From a virus, in the IMG/VR virus record IMGVR_UViG_3300021093_003813, positions 1 to 64,000 of that record: a DNA stretch of 64,000 nt; one strand, written 5' to 3'. The notes beneath the pieces were generated by a model, which saw nothing but the letters and a program-made list of their open reading frames with translations, searched no databases and had not been told where the DNA came from. A program made the position numbers and the translations under genes. Shown piece after piece: positions 1-7,910 of this stretch (positions are counted from its first letter, which is position 1; every line of letters starts with the position of its first letter).

Positions 1-1467
1 GGTGTGCTTGAAGCAATATGCCAATATCAACACATTCTGAATGGCTTTCATGAACTCCTGGGTCTTCATGCTGCTGTGAAACAACTGCTTCAAACGGAAG
101 TAATAACCGTTAATCTGTATAGCCCCCATGGTTTCATCATTTCTATTTACCTCGAAATTCACATCTTCCCGAGCACCAGAACCTGTGTCATAGAAACCAT
201 ACACATCAAAGGGAATGTTCACCTTGCGGCAGAACATCACCAGACTCACCAGCTGCTCAATGGTGTCACCAATGTTTTCCTGCATGCTGCTGGACATATC
301 AATCAACATCAGCATGCCATGATTCTTGCCATCAGGCACCGTGGTGGTCTGAAGGAACAGATCCTCAGACAACTTGTGGCTCCAGATGCGATTCATGTCC
401 AGCTCACCCGTCTTGCTCACCTTGGCGCGGGCAAACTGCTTGGCATTGCGACGAAGCTCAAACTCACGAACCATGTGTGAGATGTACTTGCGATTGGCCT
501 GCATGAACTTGTTGTACAGCTCCAAACGCTCGGACTCCATGACCGGATTGAACTTCAATTGTTCATGAGTCTTTTTCCAATCCACCACAAACTTCCTCAC
601 ATCCAATTTCGGAAAATGTACATACGTGGCAGGATAAGCAGATTCATCAATCAGCTTTTCCTGATTCTGTTCCAACGCGTCGGCAGTGATGGAAGAGGTC
701 TCATCCTTGCTCATCCAATCCTGAATCTTCTGCTTGGCCTTGTCAGACGCCTTCTCCAAAGCATCTGCCATATGGTTCTTACCTGCCTTACGGAGACGGT
801 CAATGGTGTCCTGGACACTGATGGTCTCACCATTACCCGACTCACCTGGTTCAACATTGTCCAGCGCCTCCATCAGGTTCTCAAACAAATCATCCAGTTC
901 GGACTTTTCATCCTTGGCCACATCCATGAACTCCTTGGCCAACAACATCACGTCCTCGAACGTCTCCACCGCCTCGATGCGATCCACCAGGTCCTGTTCT
1001 GACGGAGTGAATGTGATGTCAGTACGAGCACCCAACTTGAAATACACATTGACACGGTCGGCAAAAGGAAGATGCTTCATGTCCTCCATAGTGACACCAA
1101 AGAAGCCACGGTCCACCAGCTGAGTGTAGCCATTGTACATAGGGCGCTTCAACCCAGGATACTTGCGCTTCATCTTCTTTTCAATACGCGCATCTTCCAC
1201 AAGATTCAGAAATGTCTTATACTCCTTGCCATACTCCTGAACCTTGCTCACCCAACCCTCAACCGGCGTGTACAGGGCATGACCCACCTCATGACCAATC
1301 ATCAGGTCATACAAGTCGGCATCCATGTCCTTCCAGATGGGGAGAACAAGCACGCGGTTCTTCACATCAAATGAAGGACCGCGAACCTTTTGGTGTTCAA
1401 TACGAATGTCCTCGGCGGCCAGAAGCCGACCCAGAGTACTCTTGGTGGAGTCCAAAACGTTCGCCAT
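1..1467 (-). CDS. HExxH metallopeptidase-like + vWA (CobT-like) protein, 3'-truncated by window edge
   Basis: Not in ORF track; read manually from ATG at 1467, open to base 1: MANVLDSTKSTLGRLLAAEDIRIEHQK...IGHEVGHALYTP...NLVEDARIEKKMKRKYPGL...GKNHGMLMLIDMSSSM (MIDAS DxSxS)...FCRKVNIPFDVYGF. Family is common in T4-like phages next to a CobS/MoxR AAA+ gene. Confidence 0.88.
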   Translation of the reverse strand, partial: MANVLDSTKSTLGRLLAAEDIRIEHQKVRGPSFDVKNRVLVLPIWKDMDADLYDLMIGHEVGHALYTPVEGWVSKVQEYGKEYKTFLNLVEDARIEKKMKRKYPGLKRPMYNGYTQLVDRGFFGVTMEDMKHLPFADRVNVYFKLGARTDITFTPSEQDLVDRIEAVETFEDVMLLAKEFMDVAKDEKSELDDLFENLMEALDNVEPGESGNGETISVQDTIDRLRKAGKNHMADALEKASDKAKQKIQDWMSKDETSSITADALEQNQEKLIDESAYPATYVHFPKLDVRKFVVDWKKTHEQLKFNPVMESERLELYNKFMQANRKYISHMVREFELRRNAKQFARAKVSKTGELDMNRIWSHKLSEDLFLQTTTVPDGKNHGMLMLIDMSSSMQENIGDTIEQLVSLVMFCRKVNIPFDVYGFYDTGSGAREDVNFEVNRNDETMGAIQINGYYFRLKQLFHSSMKTQEFMKAIQNVLILAYCFKHT

Positions 1468-1509
1468 ACAACCCCCGTGTCAGAAGAAAACCCTAGCAGC
1501 TATACATTA

Positions 1510-1538
1510 AGTATAATTGCTAGGGCATTCTTTGTCAA
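1510..1538 (-). promoter_or_regulatory. sigma70-type early promoter
   Basis: Minus strand TTGACA-17 nt-TATACT, about 40 nt upstream of the ATG at 1467. Confidence 0.85.
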
Positions 1539-1561
1539 GTCCCGGCGTAAGTTGTTGAAAA

Positions 1562-2158
1562 TCAACGACTTACAGGCTTCTTCTTTCTCGGAGTTTTGGG
1601 CTTTTGGGACTTGGGTTTAAATTTGGTTTCCAATCGTCTGCTAACTTCTTCACCTGACATCCAGATGTCTTTGTTCTGTAAGATAGAATTGATTTCTGTT
1701 TCTGTTAAAAATCCTGTGTACACATCCTTCCACAACTTTCTACTCCATTCACGTTCATGCACAATGTTGTCGTACATCTCGCCGCCCTTACCGAAACTAC
1801 CTGAGCTGTAGTTATGGAACATGAACATGGAATGTTTGCTGATTTCAAAATGCTTGGCTGACAAGAATATCACTGTGGCTGCACTCATGCAAGCACCTTC
1901 CACAGATGCCACCACATTGGCCTTGGTCTCAGCTATGGCTCTCATGAACTGAATGGCTGTGAACAAATCACCGCCGTAACTGTTGATGTGTAACACCACC
2001 ACATCAGCTTCACTTGAATTTCTTATGGTTTCAAACCAATGCACATATTCAGAAGGTGACTTTATCTCACCTGAAAGATAGAACTTATGAACTTTAGAAA
2101 TGGGCCGGTCAATGAATGCTGCCGAGCCCCCAGGAATTTCATTTGTTGCTTTCTCCAT
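1562..2158 (-). CDS. clpP: ClpP-like serine protease subunit
   Basis: LHINSYGGD, GACMSAA (catalytic Ser), FMFHN (His), DIWMSGEE; basic C-terminal tail. Confidence 0.8.
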   Translation of the reverse strand: MEKATNEIPGGSAAFIDRPISKVHKFYLSGEIKSPSEYVHWFETIRNSSEADVVVLHINSYGGDLFTAIQFMRAIAETKANVVASVEGACMSAATVIFLSAKHFEISKHSMFMFHNYSSGSFGKGGEMYDNIVHEREWSRKLWKDVYTGFLTETEINSILQNKDIWMSGEEVSRRLETKFKPKSQKPKTPRKKKPVSR

Positions 2159-2519
2159 AATATCTCGTCACCTTTAGAATTTTATCAATTTGTTTCTGAA
2201 TGATGTCTTTACGATTCGGCCAATGAATGTATTCCTTGTCAGGATTCTTTTGGAGATTGTAAAGAAGAGGAAGGATCATCTGTTCTACTTGTTGCAACTT
2301 TCCACGAACTTCTGAGGTCACCAGTTGTTTGTGCTGTTCAATCAAACTGGTTGTATCACCTGTCGTGAGTTCTTCCAACTTATTTTCTAATGCTGAAATC
2401 TTGTCCAACAATTCACTTTTAAATTCTGCATCTTCTGGTGTTGCTGTGGGAACAACTTGCTGTGGTACACCTAAATCATCATCAGCAAATGTGAACCCGA
2501 AATCGAAATCATTTTCCAT
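2139..2519 (-). CDS. hypothetical phage protein
   Basis: 126 aa ORF overlapping both neighbours in the operon; DFDFGFTF N-terminus, YIHWPNR C-terminal motif. Confidence 0.75.
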   Translation of the reverse strand: MENDFDFGFTFADDDLGVPQQVVPTATPEDAEFKSELLDKISALENKLEELTTGDTTSLIEQHKQLVTSEVRGKLQQVEQMILPLLYNLQKNPDKEYIHWPNRKDIIQKQIDKILKVTRYYGESNK

Positions 2520-3045
2520 GTCTTAACCGTTTTTGGTGTTTGAGCTGACGCTTCTTCCATTTATCTAGTTCCCACTTCAACTTGAAATGAGAAGCGTGAA
2601 ATGTGAAATTGATACCTTCCATATGGTCATACTCATGTAGTAGCACTCTGGCGCCAATCCCTTGAAACTTGCCAGACTTCATTTCTCCCTTCTCATTCTG
2701 CCACTCCATCACAACTTCTGCAGGACGCCTCAGTGTCAAATAGAATCCTGGAAATGATAAACACCCTTCTTCAATGGCCACTTCTTTCTTACTTACTCCC
2801 ACCACATTGGGATTGAAGAAGGCAATCTTTTCTTCTTTGGTGCCAATCACGAACACACGATACGGAAGTCCCACTTGATTGGCAGACAATCCTGCGCCAT
2901 CCCACTCCACCATCTTCTGATGTAGCACATCTGCCAGTTCTGCTGCTTTGTCTGCATCTTTCTCAAAGTCAAACGCAGGAGGCTTGGTGGTCATGCGTTC
3001 ATCAGTGAAATGAATCAGGTGTAAATCATCAATATTGAAATGCAT
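2509..3045 (-). CDS. def: peptide deformylase
   Basis: All three PDF motifs: GAGLSANQVG, EGCLS, HEYDHMEG. Confidence 0.95.
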   Translation of the reverse strand: MHFNIDDLHLIHFTDERMTTKPPAFDFEKDADKAAELADVLHQKMVEWDGAGLSANQVGLPYRVFVIGTKEEKIAFFNPNVVGVSKKEVAIEEGCLSFPGFYLTLRRPAEVVMEWQNEKGEMKSGKFQGIGARVLLHEYDHMEGINFTFHASHFKLKWELDKWKKRQLKHQKRLRHGK

Positions 3046-3063
3046 ATCATCCTCTAGTATTTA

Positions 3064-4776
3064 TTATACCATCACAGAGAAATTCTGTCGTTTGGTAAAC
3101 TTCACGATGTGTGCAAACTTATCAAACAATTGGTCACCCTTATGTGAAATCACAAACACATTGGTGCTATCACCTAAAGTATTCAACAACGTCATCACAT
3201 AGTCTGTGGCACTGGTGTCTAAGCTACTATCAAACACCTCATCAAGAATAAGCAGATTAGTGCTAGCAGAATTTTTGAGCTTGGCGATTGTACGCCACGT
3301 AAACAGAAGCGCCAAATCAATTCTTTGTTTCTCGCCTTCACTAAAGCTTTCGTAACTAAAATCATCCCGATAACGTGATTTAATAACCTCATCAAATTTC
3401 TCATCAAGTGTGAATTGGACAAAGAAGTCCATGGATGTCAAAAACTTGTTGACGAGTTTATTTATCGCCGGGAGATACTGTCGGATAATCTTGGTCTTGA
3501 TGCCGGAGTCCTTCAATAGAATGCCAGCGATATCATAGTAATCACTGAGTTCATTCAATTCACTGCGTTCCTTCACCACACCCAATGTTTCTTTAGCCAA
3601 GTCCTTCAACTTGGTTTTCTCTACATCTATGTTACCCACCTTCTGACTGACATCTGCCTTCTCCAGTTCCAACCGTTGAATGAATCGTTCTGTGGAGGCT
3701 AGTTCAGATTTCACTGAGGCAATTTCCTCATTCAATGTGCCAATTTCTTTATTGATACTGGCAATTTCAGCCAAACGTTCCTGGAGAGATACCTTCTGGT
3801 CTTCAATCTGTTCAATGTTGCCATGCACCTTCTTCAAATCCTCAGACCGTTCATCAATAATATCCTTCTTGAAATCATGTTCAATGCCTTGTTTACACTT
3901 GGGACAAGTATCATTGTTATGATAGAAAGAAATTTCTTTTTCTATGGACGCTGCTGTGGATTCGAACTCTCGGACTTGCCGTAGAATTTCGGAAACAGCT
4001 TCGTTAACAACAGATGCATCCCCAATACTGTTAAAATGACCAGTTCTTCTATCATCAAGATGAAGTAGTATATTGCGTTTATTATGGACCTCATTGTCCG
4101 CCTCCTGAATTTTCACCTCAATGTCAGCAATTCTAGCATCACGATCCTCTTCCAAGGTCTTGATGTAATCTTGCTGAATCTCAGCTTTGTTTTTTGCCAG
4201 TGTGATTTTGTTGTCCACATCTTGCATCTTGTTCTTCAATTCTGTAATTTTTTCCTTCAACACCAGATTCATGGATGTGAAAATCTTGATATCCAAGATG
4301 TCCTCAATCACTTCTCGACGAGCAGCAGCTGGCAGTTGCATGAAAGGTGTGAAAGATGCTGACCCAAGAATCACAATCTGTGTGAAGGACTTGTAATTCA
4401 ATTTCAAAATGTTTTCTTCCAGATACTTCTGATAATCTCTGCTGGCAGCATCTTGATTGATGAGATTGCCATCCACCCAGATTTCAAAAATGGCAGGCTT
4501 GATGCCACGAATGATTTTATATGTTTTGTTGCCAATGTAAAATTCAATTTCCACCACACAATTCTTGCCATTGATGGTGTTCACCAACTGAGGCTTGTTG
4601 ATGTTTCTATACGGCTTACCAAACAAAGCAAAACAGATGGCATCTAAAAGTGTACTCTTGCCACTTCCATTCTCTCCCACAATCAATGTAGTGGGACGTT
4701 CATCCAACTGTAATTGTGTGTAGGCATTTCCTGTGGACAGGAAATTACGCCATCTTACTTTTTGAAAAAAAATCAT
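3064..4776 (-). CDS. gp46: recombination endonuclease subunit gp46 (SbcC/Rad50-like)
   Basis: Walker A GENGSGKST, zinc-hook CPKC, signature FSEGEK, Walker B LILDEVFD. Confidence 0.97.
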   Translation of the reverse strand: MIFFQKVRWRNFLSTGNAYTQLQLDERPTTLIVGENGSGKSTLLDAICFALFGKPYRNINKPQLVNTINGKNCVVEIEFYIGNKTYKIIRGIKPAIFEIWVDGNLINQDAASRDYQKYLEENILKLNYKSFTQIVILGSASFTPFMQLPAAARREVIEDILDIKIFTSMNLVLKEKITELKNKMQDVDNKITLAKNKAEIQQDYIKTLEEDRDARIADIEVKIQEADNEVHNKRNILLHLDDRRTGHFNSIGDASVVNEAVSEILRQVREFESTAASIEKEISFYHNNDTCPKCKQGIEHDFKKDIIDERSEDLKKVHGNIEQIEDQKVSLQERLAEIASINKEIGTLNEEIASVKSELASTERFIQRLELEKADVSQKVGNIDVEKTKLKDLAKETLGVVKERSELNELSDYYDIAGILLKDSGIKTKIIRQYLPAINKLVNKFLTSMDFFVQFTLDEKFDEVIKSRYRDDFSYESFSEGEKQRIDLALLFTWRTIAKLKNSASTNLLILDEVFDSSLDTSATDYVMTLLNTLGDSTNVFVISHKGDQLFDKFAHIVKFTKRQNFSVMV

Positions 4777-5816
4777 ATCTCTAGATTTTGTGCCTCAACA
4801 TACAATGTTTTCAGCAACGTTTTCAATCGTTCTTTGTCCTTTTCTGATTCCACCGAGTCCACATATTCAGATAACAATGTCATAGTATCTTCAATATTCA
4901 CTGATTCACTTTCCAGTGCTTCAGATTCAAACTCAGAAAAATCTTCATGGATGGTCAATTCAATCACTTCATTAATATACAACGCATCCAGCAGTTTGTC
5001 AAATTTTTGATAGTCATTTTTGTGAACGACAATCACCTTTACGCAACATTTCTTGTATGTGGAAGCATCCACAGTGGGCTTTCTATCATCATAGTAAATC
5101 TTATGAAAGATGCGATTGGGATTTTGTATGAAGGTCAGTTCCAAAGTTTCTGTGTCCAGAATATGAAATCCTCGCACATCTTCAAAATCACTCCAAATCA
5201 TTTCATAGGGACTGCCTAGATAGTACACGTTGTCATCAGTGCTTCTGTGATGAAAGTGTCCGGTCAGTACCATGTCATAATGTGACACCAGCTGTCTGTC
5301 CATGCCGGCTTCATTGGTGGCGCCACGAAACATATCAAACCCAGAAATTTCAAAATGACCCAGGCATATTCCCTTGTGCCGCTTCAAAAAATTCATGGTG
5401 TCAGCTTGATTCTCTGGACAAATCCAAGGAACAAAACTGAAATCTTTTCCTCCGAACTGTAGTTCTTTACAGTGCTCAATGATTTGAACATTGGAATATT
5501 CACGAAGGAGCAAATCTGGACTGTTCACTTCACTGGTGTTCTTGTAGTAGGTGTCGTGATTGCCTGGAATCACGAACAGGTCTGCACCATGTTGTTCTAG
5601 AGGACCAAAGAAATAATTTTTGCAAGAACGAAGTGTGGCAAAATTAATATACTTGCGCCTATCAAAAACATCACCCAAGTGAAAAACTGTTTTGATATTG
5701 TGCTCAGTAATGTATGGAAAGAATACTTCATCATAGAATTTCCTGAAATAAGAGTCAAAATGTTGAGAATCATTTCTGGCACCGAAATGGGTGTCAGTGA
5801 GAATGGCAATTTTCAT
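4773..5816 (-). CDS. gp47: recombination endonuclease subunit gp47 (SbcD/Mre11-like)
   Basis: DTHFG, GDVFD, GNHD and GHFH phosphoesterase motifs; adjacent to gp46. Confidence 0.97.
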   Translation of the reverse strand: MKIAILTDTHFGARNDSQHFDSYFRKFYDEVFFPYITEHNIKTVFHLGDVFDRRKYINFATLRSCKNYFFGPLEQHGADLFVIPGNHDTYYKNTSEVNSPDLLLREYSNVQIIEHCKELQFGGKDFSFVPWICPENQADTMNFLKRHKGICLGHFEISGFDMFRGATNEAGMDRQLVSHYDMVLTGHFHHRSTDDNVYYLGSPYEMIWSDFEDVRGFHILDTETLELTFIQNPNRIFHKIYYDDRKPTVDASTYKKCCVKVIVVHKNDYQKFDKLLDALYINEVIELTIHEDFSEFESEALESESVNIEDTMTLLSEYVDSVESEKDKERLKTLLKTLYVEAQNLEI

Positions 5817-6046
5817 TGTTCATCAAATAGCTTGTGGTAGGCAATCATCATCTTGCACGCCTTGATATGTTCTTCCAGGTCCTTGGCATCTTGTTCCGGG
5901 TCTTGACTAAAGATGCCATCAGTTGTGCCAAAGGACTTGATTTGTTCCAAACTTAGAATGAACCCTTCAAGATTTTCTTCTAGTTCTTGCACCACGATTC
6001 TGTCTACAGTTTCCCAATCCAATTCTATAGTAACTTTTCTTGACAT
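5813..6046 (-). CDS. hypothetical protein
   Basis: 77 aa ORF with ATGA overlap to gp47. Confidence 0.7.
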   Translation of the reverse strand: MSRKVTIELDWETVDRIVVQELEENLEGFILSLEQIKSFGTTDGIFSQDPEQDAKDLEEHIKACKMMIAYHKLFDEQ

Positions 6047-6049
6047 GAT

Positions 6050-6493
6050 TTATCCCTCGTAGATGGCAGAGTTGCTGCCATGTTCAAACACTTCCACGCT
6101 CTTTAATCGAACCCGTTGTTGTGTTTCATCTGATACCTGTGAAGCAATATCCGTGTATACAATTTCAGCAAACTTCTCACATCCTACACCAGTGAAGATG
6201 CGAAGTGTCAGGACACCTGCCTCATCCATTTGTTTGAACAATGCTAGATGTGGGTCATCCGCAGCAACAGCAGTGGTATGGTCAAATGCTTCTTCGAGAT
6301 AGGCCTTGATCCACTTGGTGTTTCCGAAATCATACACCCAATTTCTGTCATCCAATTTATCAGCTTCAAAAATGAAACGAAATCCCAAGCTGTAACCATG
6401 AATCTGATTACAATGTGATGTGGCACGCCACTGACGAAAAGCACAGCTCAATCCACGGTCATTGCCGAAAGTTTTTGTTGAATAATATTTCAC
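6050..6493 (-). CDS. queD: 6-carboxy-5,6,7,8-tetrahydropterin synthase
   Basis: CNQIHGYS, FDHT, GCEKFAE and VFEH T-fold motifs; in folE/queE cluster. Confidence 0.9.
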   Translation of the reverse strand: MKYYSTKTFGNDRGLSCAFRQWRATSHCNQIHGYSLGFRFIFEADKLDDRNWVYDFGNTKWIKAYLEEAFDHTTAVAADDPHLALFKQMDEAGVLTLRIFTGVGCEKFAEIVYTDIASQVSDETQQRVRLKSVEVFEHGSNSAIYEG

Positions 6494-6495
6494 AA

Positions 6496-7515
6496 CTACC
6501 TCGCAAGATAAGAGTACATGATGTCAGCATTCAGATATTTCAAAGACAAGATGCCACGTTGTTGTTCCATGATGCTTTCATACCTATCATAATTGTCTAT
6601 CTTGTCCTGAATAAAATCTTTCATTTTCTGTTTATGAAGTTGAAAGTTGTCCCAACTACTGGTCCACTCAGAAGGATACTTGAAAGGCTTCAAATACATT
6701 TCTGAATAACTGCATCTGTCTGGCACAATGGGAATGGCGCCTGCCAAACATCCTTCCATCATGCTGATGCCTAGATTCTCATGCAAGGCACAACTGAACA
6801 CCGCCTTGCTAGTGCTCAACAGATGATAGTAATCTTCTTTTGACAAGTTCAACTTCTGTGATATCACCACATCCAGTTGTTCAGCAATCTCTGGTTGTTT
6901 GTCTGCATTGTATCTGTGAGGCCAAATCACTTTGTTTTCTTTGGGAAGATTGATGTATTTGGATAATTCCAACCTCATCAGATGATGAGGTTGTCCAGAA
7001 CGAATAGCCTTTTTGTGAGCAGCTGGCGTGATGTTCAGGTTGTTCAGAAACATCTGTAGATGAAACTCTGTGGCGAAATAGTTGTAATCACAGGCATGAT
7101 ACCAACTTCTTTCTGCATGATTGGCTGATTCACCTTTCATCTTCATACCCAGGATGTCTGTGGGATCATAAGCACCAGCATGCCAGATGCCATGAATTTC
7201 CACAGGAATCTCTAGCAAATCACTCATGTATCTGATGGCAGTGATGGCAAAGTTCCAGGCATCTGTGACCAGAAACTTGTCACCAGGCTGCACTTGATTC
7301 ATCAGAAACAAATCAGCAATCTGCTTCACTTGTGATGCCTTGTACTTGTTGGTGAAGGCGAAGTTCAGAAAGGCACCTGAAGTGGTGTCAGAATGCACCG
7401 GGTCACCAATGGTTCTGTTTTTCAATCCACGACGGTCCAGGTCCTTGGGAATGTTGTGATACCATTGCTTAGTGTAACGTTGGTCAATAGGTTCAATTGA
7501 AACAATGAAAATCAT
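6496..7515 (-). CDS. GT-B (GT4-like) glycosyltransferase, GTDC1/QTMAN-like
   Basis: WPHRxxxDKxPE and HENLGISMMEG (E-x7-E GT4 motif); coupled inside the deazaguanine operon. Confidence 0.85.
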   Translation of the reverse strand: MIFIVSIEPIDQRYTKQWYHNIPKDLDRRGLKNRTIGDPVHSDTTSGAFLNFAFTNKYKASQVKQIADLFLMNQVQPGDKFLVTDAWNFAITAIRYMSDLLEIPVEIHGIWHAGAYDPTDILGMKMKGESANHAERSWYHACDYNYFATEFHLQMFLNNLNITPAAHKKAIRSGQPHHLMRLELSKYINLPKENKVIWPHRYNADKQPEIAEQLDVVISQKLNLSKEDYYHLLSTSKAVFSCALHENLGISMMEGCLAGAIPIVPDRCSYSEMYLKPFKYPSEWTSSWDNFQLHKQKMKDFIQDKIDNYDRYESIMEQQRGILSLKYLNADIMYSYLAR

Positions 7516-7910
7516 ACAGCAGGCACCAAAGCAATAGTAGATGTGATGAACGGCTTGTAAATCAAGATGGCTCCATTCTCTCCATCTTCACTGACGCCAA
7601 CTTCCACAACACGACCAGGATAATTCATCTTGATATACTCAATCAATTCTTCTGCCAGCATTTCACAACTCTTGTAATCAATATCATAGATGCCATTGTA
7701 CAAACTTTCCAATTCACGCTTGAACAAAATGAATTCAATGTCTCTGTCATTATGATTCACAGATACACGAACACGAAAATGAAACATATGACGATGAGGA
7801 TATCCAAGAAATTGAACATGCTTCAAGTTCGGATCATCTAATGCAGCTGGATACTTGTGTATTCCTTCCTTTTGAAATGTTACTTCAATGTATCGTTCTA
7901 TAGTTTCCAT
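7512..7910 (-). CDS. dpdL: second T-fold QueD paralogue, DpdL-like (putative CDG decarboxylase)
   Basis: EGIHKYP, LGYPHRHMF (LxxxHRHxF), DIEF, SCEMLAE, VSEDGENG; lacks the QueD CxxxHGH motif. Confidence 0.6.
   Translation of the reverse strand: METIERYIEVTFQKEGIHKYPAALDDPNLKHVQFLGYPHRHMFHFRVRVSVNHNDRDIEFILFKRELESLYNGIYDIDYKSCEMLAEELIEYIKMNYPGRVVEVGVSEDGENGAILIYKPFITSTIALVPAV

Noticed and set aside
4-1620. Plus-strand ORFs at the left end
   Set aside because: Shadows of the real minus-strand peptidase/vWA gene, which the track missed because its stop lies outside the window.
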